From NCBI GenBank assembly GCA_963845145.1, contig CAWJQU010000005.1, forward strand, positions 1,088,001-1,152,000: a stretch of DNA of 64,000 nt, in the 5' to 3' direction. Source of the DNA: an uncultured delta proteobacterium. Lineage in GTDB: Bacteria; Desulfobacterota; Desulfobacteria; Desulfobacterales; QNYZ01. The position numbers and the translations under genes were made by a program. This document shows positions 39,798 to 50,268 of this stretch, in pieces (positions within the stretch are counted from its first letter, which is position 1; the number at the start of each line of letters is the position of its first letter). Under the pieces are notes generated by a model. The model was given only the letters and a program-made list of their open reading frames with translations. It ran no database searches and had not been told where the DNA came from.

Positions 39798-41102
39798 ATG
39801 ACCAAAAAATATGATGCCATCATTATTGGCGCCGGAATTATCGGGAATTGTATTTCCTACGAATTGTCCCAAAAAGGGTATGCGTGTTTGAGCATCGATA
39901 AACTGGGCGGTTCGGGATTCGGTTCCACCGCAGGCAGTTGTGCCATTATTCGTTTGTACTATTCCTCTCCGGAAGGCGTGGCCCTGGCTCGAGAAGGGTA
40001 TTACTATTGGCTGGACTGGCAGCGATACCTTCGAGCCATCGACCCCACGGGCATGGCCTACTATAAAAATACCGGCGCCATGGTATTCAAAACGTCCATT
40101 AACAAAGGATTGGAAAAAGTTAAAAATTCTTTGAATGAACTGGGCGTGGGATACCTGGAACTCGACACCGAGGAGATAAAAAAATATCTTCCCAACCCCG
40201 ATTTGCGGGCCTACTACCCCCAGAAAACCATGCATGACGATGCCTTCGGAAAACCCACCGGCGGGCACGTGCTGGGAGCGCTATTTGTACCGGAATCGGG
40301 CTATGTCAGTGACCCCAAACAGTCCACCCATAATGTCGAAGTCGCCGCACGCGCCGTGGGTGCCGACTTTTTGTTCAATACGGAAGTCGCCGATATTCTG
40401 ACCAAAGACGGGAGAACTGCCGGTGTGGCGCTGGCCGACGGAACCGAGATTGAGGCGCCGGTAGTGGTGAATGTGGCCGGCCCTCACTCCTATATCATTA
40501 ACGAAATGGCCGGGGTTGCAGACGCCATGAATATCAAAACCCGAGCGTTACGCGTAGAAGTGGCCCATGTGCCCAGCCCCGAGGGTCTGGACTGGGAACA
40601 TACCGGCGTCATTACATCTGATGGCGATACCGGCGTGTATACGCGCCCGGAGGTCGGCAACCACTGGCTTATCGGCAGCGAAGAGCCCGAATGTGATCCA
40701 TTGGATTATGTGGACCCGGACAATTACAACCAGGACTTTACCGACCAGGTTAAGGTGCAGGCGTTACGAGAAGCCATGCGTGTGCCTGACCTGCCGATTC
40801 CCAACAGGGGCCAGGGTGTGGTGGATCTATATGATGTCAGCGATGACTGGTACCCGATCTATGATAAATCCGATTTACCGGGGTTTTATCTGGCCATTGG
40901 TACCAGCGGCAACCAGTATAAAAACGCGCCGGTGGTTGGATCGTTTATGTCCCAATTGATTGAATATTGTGAAAATGGAAATGATCATGACGTCGATCCT
41001 TTGCAATACGCAATGAAATATCTGAAAAGAACGTTGGACATCGGTTTTTTTAGTCGTAACAGGGAAATCAATCCAGATTCAAGCTTTTCGGTAATCGGGT
41101 AA
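39798..41102 (+). CDS. FAD-dependent oxidoreductase (sarcosine oxidase beta/DAO family)
   Basis: IIGAGIIG, GSTAGSCAIIR, VVNVAGP, LYDVSDDWYPI, GTSGNQYKNAP. Confidence 0.9.
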   Translation: MTKKYDAIIIGAGIIGNCISYELSQKGYACLSIDKLGGSGFGSTAGSCAIIRLYYSSPEGVALAREGYYYWLDWQRYLRAIDPTGMAYYKNTGAMVFKTSINKGLEKVKNSLNELGVGYLELDTEEIKKYLPNPDLRAYYPQKTMHDDAFGKPTGGHVLGALFVPESGYVSDPKQSTHNVEVAARAVGADFLFNTEVADILTKDGRTAGVALADGTEIEAPVVVNVAGPHSYIINEMAGVADAMNIKTRALRVEVAHVPSPEGLDWEHTGVITSDGDTGVYTRPEVGNHWLIGSEEPECDPLDYVDPDNYNQDFTDQVKVQALREAMRVPDLPIPNRGQGVVDLYDVSDDWYPIYDKSDLPGFYLAIGTSGNQYKNAPVVGSFMSQLIEYCENGNDHDVDPLQYAMKYLKRTLDIGFFSRNREINPDSSFSVIG

Positions 41103-41205
41103 AATGAACCGAAGGGATTATTTTCATTAAGGATGATGCCATCGCCACGAACTTAATCAGTTTAAAAAAAGGTGATATAACGTTTTTCAAAGTGGGGCAT
41201 CTTGA

Positions 41206-42183
41206 ATGACTCTAGCGGGCAAGGCATTGAATAACATATATCCGCATTTTCAGCTCATTAGCGACATCATTCAGGCACCGGCTTTTATCCGGCCTTGGCT
41301 GGACCGCTTTTATGATTTGTCTGAAATCCGATTGTTAGAAGACATGGGGACCGGCTCGCTCGACATCACATCTTTTCAGACAACCTATGGATTTAGTAAA
41401 GATATGACAGATAGGTTGTTGAAAAGAAAAATCTTTATAAAAAATCAAAATGGCGATCTGACGCCGGCCGATTTCCATGCTCGCTATGACATCTGGGCCC
41501 TTTTTGAAGGTTTCAAGGATCTCCCAAAAGAGATTCGGGAGAGGCTAAACCAGTGGGAACTGGATCATTACATTCATACCCATGCGAAATATGTCAACCA
41601 GATAAAGACGACCGGCAAGCTGGACCCGGGGATTGTCACCCCTCGCTATCTACTCCTTGACGAAGCGTATGATGTTTTAAATCAGGTTGAAAATGTTTAC
41701 CTGTGGCCCTGCAATTGCCGTTCAATGCTTCAGGCGTGTACCAAACCGGTTTATACCTGCTTACGGTTTGAAAATAGTCAGGGACAAGGGTATGAAATCA
41801 GCCGGGAGAAGGCAAAGGAGATTGTCGGCCAAGCTAATAAAAAAGGGTTGATGCAATCGGGTGAACTGGCTCGCGATGCCGCCGGCAAGCTACTGGGTGC
41901 CATCTGCAATTGTTGCGAGGACTGTTGTTTTCCTCATCGCTTGGCCGATGAACTGAATGCCCAGAAATTTTGGCCCATCAGTTTTTATATTGCGGCCTGG
42001 GATGAATCGTTATGCAACCGCTGCGGTATCTGTGCGAAACGGTGCCCGTTCAAGGCATTTATCCATACGAAGCCAAAAGACAAAAAAGCACATATTGCCT
42101 TTAACGAAAGCCTTTGCAGGGGTTGTGGACTTTGCAGTGTCACCTGCCCGACAAACGCAATCGAAATGAGGAAAATCACTTAA
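41206..42183 (+). CDS. 4Fe-4S dicluster-domain protein
   Basis: CNCR, ICNCCEDCC, CNRCGICAKRCP, CRGCGLCSVTCP. Confidence 0.9.
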   Translation: MTLAGKALNNIYPHFQLISDIIQAPAFIRPWLDRFYDLSEIRLLEDMGTGSLDITSFQTTYGFSKDMTDRLLKRKIFIKNQNGDLTPADFHARYDIWALFEGFKDLPKEIRERLNQWELDHYIHTHAKYVNQIKTTGKLDPGIVTPRYLLLDEAYDVLNQVENVYLWPCNCRSMLQACTKPVYTCLRFENSQGQGYEISREKAKEIVGQANKKGLMQSGELARDAAGKLLGAICNCCEDCCFPHRLADELNAQKFWPISFYIAAWDESLCNRCGICAKRCPFKAFIHTKPKDKKAHIAFNESLCRGCGLCSVTCPTNAIEMRKIT

Positions 42184-42314
42184 CCGGTCAAACCAGGTAC
42201 GACAGGGCTGACGATGCCGTAACAGGAATGACAAATGCGACGGGTCCTTTACTCGTGGCATTAATACATGGCTGGGTTGAAGATTAAATTTAACCAATAG
42301 TGAAGAGGCTAAAA

Positions 42315-43784
42315 ATGATTCAAAGTGCATCGACCCAAAAACGGTCCGTTAGTATGCGGATTTTAACGGATGACCAAATCTGGGAAATCAAACAGGCGGC
42401 TTTTGAAATCATTGAAAAAATTGGTTTTAAATGCATGCACGCCGAAGCCCGCAAAATGCTGGCAACGGCCGGCGCTATCGTCAAAGAGGATATCGTCAGA
42501 ATCCCCCGCTATATTGTGGAAGGCTGTTTGCTGACAACCCCCCAGGGGTGGACGATTTATGACCGTGAAGGCCTAAGGGCCATGGAAGTCGAAGGCCGAA
42601 AAAGCCACTACGGCACCTCCACGGCCAGCCCCAGCACCAAAGACGCGTTGACCGGCGAGTATCATGAGACCCGGGTGGAGGATATCGCCATCGGGGCCAA
42701 AGTGGCCGATGCACTCGAGCATATTGATTTTGTTATGCCCATGGGGTCTGCTCAAGATGTACCGGCCTATGCGGCGGATGTCCATGAATTTATAGCGGTC
42801 GCATCCAATACCACCAAGCCAATGGTTTTTATCGGATATACCTCCCTGGGTTTTGAATATGTTTATGAAATGGCTGCGGTGGTTGCCGGTAGTATGGAAC
42901 GATTGCAACAGTATCCATTTCTCATTGCCTATCCGGAGGCAATCGCCCCTTTGGTATATCCGGCAGAGGTAATTGAACGGATTTTCGCTGCAGCCGATCT
43001 GCGAATGCCGCAACTGCCTGGTGCCACAGTGCAAGCCGGCGCCACCGGCCCTGTAACACTTGCCGGCGTTATCGCTCAAATGACAGCAGAAGCACTGGTT
43101 CACATTACCTTGGCCCAATTGAGACAACCCGGTTGTCCGGTGGGAATGAGCGGTAATGTCGGTATTCTCGACATGTCCAGTGCCTTGATGACACTCGGTG
43201 CGCCGGAAAACAGCCTCGGGACCTGTGCCCAGGCGGAGGTGGCACAGTCTTTCGGCCTCCCCACGTGGGGGCTGGCCGGTGCCTCGGACGCCAAATCGCT
43301 TGACGCCCAGGCGGGGCTTGAAAGCTCGTTTAGCATTCTCAGCCAAGGCCTGGCTGGATTGAATCTCATCCATGATGTTGGCTATCTTGGTAGTGGTATG
43401 GCCTGTTCATGCGAGCAACTAGTCATGGGCAACGAAATTGTCGGTATGACCAAACGTTTTGTGGAGGGAATTACAGTCAATGCCGAGACCATTGCCCGGG
43501 ATGTCATCGCCGCGGTGGGGCCGGGAAAACACTTTATGGATCATGACCATACCTTTCGTCATTTCCGCAAGGAAACCTGGTTGTCCAAAATGCTTGACCG
43601 CCAACCCATTCAATCCTGGAAAGACAATGGTGAGCCTACCATGGAAGATCGCGTTCAGGGAAAAGTGCGCGAAATTATTGAAACCCACCAGCCCAAACCT
43701 TTAGATGATGGCATTGTCTCCGAACTCGACAGGCTTAAAAAGGAGGGAGAAAAAGAAATATTGGCCAAATATGAACGGAATTGA
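42315..43784 (+). CDS. MttB-superfamily methyltransferase, non-pyrrolysine (MtgB-like)
   Basis: GATGPVTLAG, FGLPTWGLAGASDAKSLDAQAGLE, HDVGYL, VGPGKHF; no in-frame TAG. Confidence 0.93.
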   Translation: MIQSASTQKRSVSMRILTDDQIWEIKQAAFEIIEKIGFKCMHAEARKMLATAGAIVKEDIVRIPRYIVEGCLLTTPQGWTIYDREGLRAMEVEGRKSHYGTSTASPSTKDALTGEYHETRVEDIAIGAKVADALEHIDFVMPMGSAQDVPAYAADVHEFIAVASNTTKPMVFIGYTSLGFEYVYEMAAVVAGSMERLQQYPFLIAYPEAIAPLVYPAEVIERIFAAADLRMPQLPGATVQAGATGPVTLAGVIAQMTAEALVHITLAQLRQPGCPVGMSGNVGILDMSSALMTLGAPENSLGTCAQAEVAQSFGLPTWGLAGASDAKSLDAQAGLESSFSILSQGLAGLNLIHDVGYLGSGMACSCEQLVMGNEIVGMTKRFVEGITVNAETIARDVIAAVGPGKHFMDHDHTFRHFRKETWLSKMLDRQPIQSWKDNGEPTMEDRVQGKVREIIETHQPKPLDDGIVSELDRLKKEGEKEILAKYERN

Positions 43785-43878
43785 ATGACCTGTTTATCTA
43801 TAAAAATACAAATAATTTTTAGATCGGTTTTTTTCTTTTAAAGATAAACGAAGACCCTGTACTCAACTTTTCCGACGG

Positions 43879-44382
43879 CTACGAACTGTTTGATTTGTCG
43901 GAAACAATGGGTCCGGTGGCTAATATTGGGGCCGCATGAATCCTTTCGGCCGACATCATGCCAACAACCCTCTCGAAGGCGCTGAGTATCATCAGCTGCT
44001 CCCAATCGGCTAAATTGGAAAACCGTTCGATGAATGTCTCCTGAAGGGGGGGTGGGGCCTGTTTTAGAACCTCAGCGCCTGTCTCGGAGAGCGAGATCCA
44101 GACCTGGCGTTTATCGCGATCACTCTTTTTTTTTATCAAATAGCCCTTCTTCACCAGCCGATTGATGATATCGGTAACAGTCGCCTGACTTAGAAAGATC
44201 GCTTTCGCCAATCCCGTAACCGAAATTCGTTTGTGATTGGAAACCTCTTCCAAAACGATAAGTTGAGGTCCGGTCAAACCGAAATGTTTGTTCAGGCTGC
44301 GAGAATGTAAATCCGTGGCTTGAATAATTTTACGCAATGAGATGAGAATTTCTCGATAACGCCAAGCGCTGGGGTTCGCCAA
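43879..44382 (-). CDS. MarR family transcriptional regulator (EctR-like)
   Basis: LRKIIQATDLHSR, GLTGPQL, LSQATVTDIINRL, DKRQV, APPPLQETF. Confidence 0.9.
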   Translation of the reverse strand: MANPSAWRYREILISLRKIIQATDLHSRSLNKHFGLTGPQLIVLEEVSNHKRISVTGLAKAIFLSQATVTDIINRLVKKGYLIKKKSDRDKRQVWISLSETGAEVLKQAPPPLQETFIERFSNLADWEQLMILSAFERVVGMMSAERIHAAPILATGPIVSDKSNSS

Positions 44383-44729
44383 AGCAACTCCTTTACAAAA
44401 TATGGCCCAATAAATACTTTGTTTTACACGTCAATACAACCTTTTTCGACAAAAAACCCTACTATTTATATTGGATCGAAGCTTTTTATTTTTCACTTAT
44501 ACTCACATTATTTATTTGTATTCTAATAATTATTTTATACAATTAGCCGCCAATACTATCGACAATCCTTATTTTACGGGGGATAAACGGCTTGACATTT
44601 ACATAGAACACTATAGTATTATATGAAATCGCAAGAGGTATAGGGCGACATTTTACTTCGTGGCCGACGTTTCGAAGGCACAGTTTGTGCTTGATCGGCA
44701 AAAAAAAATTCCCGTATGGATTAAAGAAG

Positions 44730-45494
44730 ATGAATAATAAAAAATTTAAAGTGCGAATACCGGATACAGACGCAAATGTTTCTCAAGGTGCAGAGCGATT
44801 TATTGTCGAATACAAGGGTGACAAAACACATATTCGCGCACATGACTACGATAAGATTTATTCGGTTCCCGGTCTGTATGAATATTTGTTCTATGATAAA
44901 TATAAGTGCAATTCTCCCAAGATCGTTTGCCGACTGTTGGAAGATGAGTTAAAAAAGGCATCCGCGTCCGTGTCGGATCTGAAGGTATTGGATGTCGGTG
45001 CTGGTAACGGTATGGTTGGCGAACAGCTAAATTCCAGGGGGGCGGGTGAGATTGTGGGGCTTGATATAATAGAGGAGGCTGCCGAAGCGACCGAAAGGGA
45101 CCGGCCGGGGGTTTATAGTGAGTATTTTACAGAAGATTTGACCCGGTTGTCCGAACCGGTAAAAGAAAAATTGACAGACCTTTCACCCAATTGTCTTACT
45201 GTTGTTGCCGCCTTGGGATTTGATGATATTCCACCTCAAGCTTTCAGCGTAGCCTACAATCTGATCGCCGAGTCGGGCTGGGTCGCCTTCAACATCAAAG
45301 ATATGTTTTATAGCCCCAAAGATAAAACCGGATTCTCTCACCTCATTGACGGAATGCTCAACGACGGTATTTTTGAGATGCACGCCAAAAAACGTTACCG
45401 GCACCGTTTCTGCCAAGATGGCGCACCGCTGCACTATTATGCCGTTGTCGGTCAAAAGAGAAAAGATATCCCTATCGACCAGATTTATTCATAA
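44730..45494 (+). CDS. Class I SAM-dependent methyltransferase
   Basis: VLDVGAGNG motif I; likely start MNNKK at 44730; TTGACA-16-TAGTAT promoter-like sequence at 44592-44619. Confidence 0.85.
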   Translation: MNNKKFKVRIPDTDANVSQGAERFIVEYKGDKTHIRAHDYDKIYSVPGLYEYLFYDKYKCNSPKIVCRLLEDELKKASASVSDLKVLDVGAGNGMVGEQLNSRGAGEIVGLDIIEEAAEATERDRPGVYSEYFTEDLTRLSEPVKEKLTDLSPNCLTVVAALGFDDIPPQAFSVAYNLIAESGWVAFNIKDMFYSPKDKTGFSHLIDGMLNDGIFEMHAKKRYRHRFCQDGAPLHYYAVVGQKRKDIPIDQIYS

Positions 45495-45613
45495 AGAACG
45501 CGGCTGTTACGTCTGCTCAACTCGCTTGGTGACCATATCAAAAAGGTATAGGCCCTATACCGGAGTAAAAGCGTTGGTGAAAAAACCTATCGGGTATCTA
45601 TCCAATCGGGTAT

Positions 45614-48600
45614 CTATCTGGCGGTCATTTGGCCTTTCATGCAAGTGGCCAGCTCCATGCCGATCAGATTCATAACCGCCGGTAAGTGCATCGGTGGAAT
45701 GGGTGCGCCGGCAATGCGAGGAAGGATAATAGTACCGCTAACCGGATAACGGTACAAAAAAGCCTGGCCCTGTTCTTCTAAAAATGCCTGCTGGGTGACC
45801 AAAATCATCCGGGAAAAACGGCAGCCAAAAGTAGAAATCTCATCCAAGGCCTGGTCGAAATATCGCGGATGGCTGGCATCAATCAGAATCAGGTTGTCCT
45901 TGGCGGTGTTATAATCGGGTAATAACTCCGGGATATACCATTGTCCATTGACAAAGAAGGGCATGTCTTTTTCCGATGGCAAAATATCGGCCGGTGCGGC
46001 AAGAAAAACATCGACTTTGACACCCCTAAGATAATCATTTTCCCACCTTGCCACCCGCTTCTCACCAAAGTCAGATACCATCTCCTTTCGCCACCTGAGC
46101 ATAACAAACTTATTTTCAACCTGTGAATCAACCGTCACCAAGGGCCCGTGGCCGCTTTCACCATAAAGATGCGGCGTGAGAAGAATACCATCGATACGAT
46201 CAAAAAGATCCGACCATGACGCACCGATTCCAACCGGTGGCCCGATGTAAAACATGGTTTTATATTTGTGGTTGGCGGCCGAACAGTTGGCGATCTCAGA
46301 TTTAAGTGCCCTGTCGCCCAACACAACCTGCATGGTTTGGGCAAGCGATTTAAATTGCGTGGCAAGAACGGCCGCTTTTTTCGGTAAATATCGATCCCAG
46401 GCACCTATCATGATACGATGAAGCAAGGCGCTCAGATAGTCGCTTAGGGCATAACGAAACCGATTCTTATATAAGAAATATACAGTGCCAGCCGAATCAA
46501 ATCGTTGACAATTATCGTCCATGCCCGGCCAAAAAGAAACCGACGTGCACGCGGTTGATTCCAAATGTTTGGTCAGCCGCTTTTTATTTAAAGATGAAGT
46601 TACCGCTGAAATCAGTAGCGTGCTTTCTTCAAGTGCGGCCAGATGGGCTTCTGGCGTTACAATGCGTATCGAAAGGTCCAACAAGTGCCCCCAAATATCG
46701 GCAACAGCGCTCATCGCCGCTTTGGAACGGTTATCCATGGGTAAAAAAACAATCTCTTCAATTGCAGAATCCTCACTAAAAAGTAAATCGGCCAGCGTTG
46801 TCATGTTGTGATCGTCATTCGGACAACAATCGCGAATACTATCAGAAAGGATGAGCTGCTGAATGAGCGCTCTTATATCCCGATAATAAAGAATCGAGCG
46901 TTCGCTGCGTGCATTTTTCTCCCATACCGTTGCCTCATCAAATGCACTTGGTTCCGGCGGTTGCTCGTTTTTCTGTTCCTGGAGGGTGCGCATTTCCATT
47001 AACACTCTGGCCACCGGGTCTTTTTTTATGGCATACCGGCTTCTCGAGACGGTTAAAGATTTGGCCAGATTTCGCGGTATCACACCCACACCAATGCCGC
47101 AGGCATGACCACAATGAAACGTGAGCTTATAATACAAAAGAAGCGAGATAAAAGATTGAAATGCCGTTTTTTTTATTTTCGGTATAAAAAGGCTCTGTCC
47201 CTGACTGAGCGCTTGAATTCGTTTCTGTGCGATCCCGACAATCCCGATGGCGATAAACGCGATCTTATTCCTGGTAAAAAAGTCCATTACGTCGAGGGCC
47301 TCATCCACACGATTCGGACAGGTTGCATCGACGATCAGAAAAGCTTTTCCGAAATGGGTCGGCAATCCGGTATTGAGCACCTCCTGATAGTCCAGGGCCT
47401 TTCCCACCATCGACCAGGTATTTTCTTCGATTTTTAAAGCGGCCTCCGCACCGGTACCATCCGTATACAAAGCACTGACAATAATACCCGCCAATGCATC
47501 GGCATGTTCCTGAGCCATTTGCTCTAAAATGGGGGTTAAGGCGTCATCGGATAGAAGATTCGCCAGTTGGAAAGGAAGGCGATGCATTGCTTCCAGGTAG
47601 ACCAGTGCCTCTTCCCTCCGTCCGATTTTCGACCCGATCCATAGGATAAACAGGTCGAGACAAAACAGCATGCACACGGTGCTTTTTACACCGACGACGG
47701 TGACTTCTTCCTCGCTTAGCACAGGAATGATACCACCGCTTTTAGCGACGGCAAGCGCCATATCGCCAAACACTTTCTCGGTTAGGCCTACCATTGTGAC
47801 CTTCTGTTTTAACAAGGCGTGCGCTAGAACGACCATATGGGCGGTGGTGGCTGACCAGCTCATCATGACAACCAGGTCCGTTTTGGCCGCAAAAAACCTT
47901 TCCACATGACCGGCATCTCCGGGGCGAATGGTGATGACATCTATTTCAGGCATGACGGCGTGTGCCAATCCCTCGGCCATTTTACCCATATGATAAGCGC
48001 TACCCGTGCCCACCAGTACCAATCGCTTGAGATCCCGATAACCGGGACCGAATGCTCTCTTCAGTCGTTTTCTACGGACTGGAAATAGCGGTATCTGGTC
48101 TTCCCTGGGGGCATATCGTCTCAGTATGAATTTTAATCTATCAGGAATTTCGTTCAAATGCGTCTCGTAAAAAGAACGGCCCAGATGCTGTTTGACTTGG
48201 GCCGGATGCAAAACAGTGGTAAAGGGCTCGATTTCCGGAAGCGCGTTTCCATCAAAGTCGGTAATTTCCAAATGACGGATCGTCTGGCCCCTTTCGATGG
48301 TTGTTTCAAGCCTGGCAAACAATTCTTCACCTTCAAGTGGGTGTATTTCTACCGCGAAGGCCTTTAAAATCGATTGTTTTTTCTGCTCATAGGCCGGGTC
48401 GGGCGGATGTATCTCGCTGGACTCAAAGCCTGTTGCCATACCCGTATAATCGCCTTTCAAATTTTGAAGCGCCTGGCGTTTTTCGATAATCATCTTTTGT
48501 GGAAACAACCCCATGGCAGCGTTAATGTCGGAAACAACCATATAGTCGCTTGTCTCTAATCGTCGTACAATGAAGATGGGACGATTATGGCTGACAACAT

Positions 48601-50158
48601 AAAGCTTGCCCATTGAATGGATGCTGATACCACAAGCTGCCACCTGTCCCTCTTTTTGGGCGATCTGTTTTGCCGTTTGGATAAACGCCATTTCGTCTAA
48701 TGCCTGGGTCGTCTTATCCTTGACGGAACGATGGATTGCAAAATCGATTGTCTGGCTTCCTATTCCGTGGGCTTCCAGGCCATAATCGACCTGGGCCGCG
48801 ACGTCTCGATATCGTTCCTTGGCCTTGACAAGTTGATCGAAATAGTACGCCCATAAAAGCGGAAAATATTCTGAAGAGTTATCGCTTTTGAATGAATACC
48901 GGGCCACTTTGCTGAGAAATTGCTTTAATCGGCCCTCGACATTAGGATCGAATTGACCGTTTAGCACCACGCATCTCTCTTGCTTTTGATCGGTAAACGG
49001 ATGTGCATTTTTTGAAGTAACGGCAGACTGCAAAGCCCAACGTCCGTGGCCGATTACCGGTTGAGCATAATACCGAAGGCTGACTGGATCGGTTTGATCC
49101 GGTACAATGGCCGGCTCTCGCATCATTTCCTGCTTGGAAAGATCTGCCAATATGGCCGTTAAAAATTCGTCCCGTTTTAGCCAGGTTAAAGCCGCTGCTG
49201 CCGCACGTCCGTAAAGATTGACCCCTTTTTCAGCGCGATACAAATTCAGCCAGGAAACCGTTTTTGATCGTTCATGCAACGGCCACGAAGTCTCCATGAT
49301 TTTCTCAATCGATTCAATAACCTCCGGTCCAAAAGAGGGGCGTGTAAAAAGGGCTGCGTCAATGACTCGAAACAAACAACGGACACCGTCTCTAACATAG
49401 TCGGAGGGAGATGGAATTAGTGTTTCAGCCAGACATCGCCATAAGGTTTTAAGCGCAATCGGTTTGACGAGTAACCGTTCGCGCCGCCGGACCGAATAAT
49501 CTTTTTTAACGGGAACATCACCCAAAACTTTTTGGTAAACCAAATCGAAGGCAGCCAGGATATCCTCGTTTCCAAGTAGCGTTTCTCCCCGCTCTTTTTT
49601 TTGGTTGATTTTCTCTATCAGTGGTTTACGAATGATGATACGAATCACTTCAGGCGGAAGATCATATTCTGTAATCAACAATAGAACCAATCGCCGGAAA
49701 TCGCTTTTAGAACGAATGCGGAAAAAAAAATTTAAATCATGTCTGCCGGGTTGCCCTGGAGATAAGAATATCAGCTCATTCGGTGCCAGCGCGACCATGT
49801 CGTCATAACTTGGATACGCGGCGTGCCCTTCGGCGATCCGATCAAAAGCCGCCAAGGGCAATCCTTCAAAAACGATCAACCGCTTTTGATTTTTCTGGGT
49901 GGATTTGTTTTCGGTACCTTCGGACCAAAGGGCGATCAATTCAGCGGTATCATTTTGATACGCAGGGCTGTCCAGCAATATTTCAACGAGCTTATCAACG
50001 GAACCAACGGCTTTTTTTATCCAGATCGGCCGGCTGTCGTTGCCAAACATGCCCACGCCAGTGCTATCCGGCGCCCGGTATATAATGGCCGACATGCCAG
50101 TCATCACGCGTGTAATATTGTTTCCAGCACTACCAAAATAGGCGACAACACCACACAT
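45614..50158 (-). CDS. Very large GlmS-like protein (class II glutamine amidotransferase plus several SIS-like domains)
   Basis: N-terminal M-CG, YRAPDSTG, GHGRWA, NAHPF, LNG; SIS motifs VGTGSAYH, SWSATT, EAALKIEE, GESGHGP; ~1514 aa. Confidence 0.8.
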   Translation of the reverse strand: MCGVVAYFGSAGNNITRVMTGMSAIIYRAPDSTGVGMFGNDSRPIWIKKAVGSVDKLVEILLDSPAYQNDTAELIALWSEGTENKSTQKNQKRLIVFEGLPLAAFDRIAEGHAAYPSYDDMVALAPNELIFLSPGQPGRHDLNFFFRIRSKSDFRRLVLLLITEYDLPPEVIRIIIRKPLIEKINQKKERGETLLGNEDILAAFDLVYQKVLGDVPVKKDYSVRRRERLLVKPIALKTLWRCLAETLIPSPSDYVRDGVRCLFRVIDAALFTRPSFGPEVIESIEKIMETSWPLHERSKTVSWLNLYRAEKGVNLYGRAAAAALTWLKRDEFLTAILADLSKQEMMREPAIVPDQTDPVSLRYYAQPVIGHGRWALQSAVTSKNAHPFTDQKQERCVVLNGQFDPNVEGRLKQFLSKVARYSFKSDNSSEYFPLLWAYYFDQLVKAKERYRDVAAQVDYGLEAHGIGSQTIDFAIHRSVKDKTTQALDEMAFIQTAKQIAQKEGQVAACGISIHSMGKLYVVSHNRPIFIVRRLETSDYMVVSDINAAMGLFPQKMIIEKRQALQNLKGDYTGMATGFESSEIHPPDPAYEQKKQSILKAFAVEIHPLEGEELFARLETTIERGQTIRHLEITDFDGNALPEIEPFTTVLHPAQVKQHLGRSFYETHLNEIPDRLKFILRRYAPREDQIPLFPVRRKRLKRAFGPGYRDLKRLVLVGTGSAYHMGKMAEGLAHAVMPEIDVITIRPGDAGHVERFFAAKTDLVVMMSWSATTAHMVVLAHALLKQKVTMVGLTEKVFGDMALAVAKSGGIIPVLSEEEVTVVGVKSTVCMLFCLDLFILWIGSKIGRREEALVYLEAMHRLPFQLANLLSDDALTPILEQMAQEHADALAGIIVSALYTDGTGAEAALKIEENTWSMVGKALDYQEVLNTGLPTHFGKAFLIVDATCPNRVDEALDVMDFFTRNKIAFIAIGIVGIAQKRIQALSQGQSLFIPKIKKTAFQSFISLLLYYKLTFHCGHACGIGVGVIPRNLAKSLTVSRSRYAIKKDPVARVLMEMRTLQEQKNEQPPEPSAFDEATVWEKNARSERSILYYRDIRALIQQLILSDSIRDCCPNDDHNMTTLADLLFSEDSAIEEIVFLPMDNRSKAAMSAVADIWGHLLDLSIRIVTPEAHLAALEESTLLISAVTSSLNKKRLTKHLESTACTSVSFWPGMDDNCQRFDSAGTVYFLYKNRFRYALSDYLSALLHRIMIGAWDRYLPKKAAVLATQFKSLAQTMQVVLGDRALKSEIANCSAANHKYKTMFYIGPPVGIGASWSDLFDRIDGILLTPHLYGESGHGPLVTVDSQVENKFVMLRWRKEMVSDFGEKRVARWENDYLRGVKVDVFLAAPADILPSEKDMPFFVNGQWYIPELLPDYNTAKDNLILIDASHPRYFDQALDEISTFGCRFSRMILVTQQAFLEEQGQAFLYRYPVSGTIILPRIAGAPIPPMHLPAVMNLIGMELATCMKGQMTAR

Positions 50159-50268
50159 CACGATAATCCTTTATTTTAGAGAGGAAGCTACTTTGAATAA
50201 AATGATGGATTTATTAATGTCAATACATTATTTAAAAGACGATTGACATCCCACCACAGGAGTTTCCC

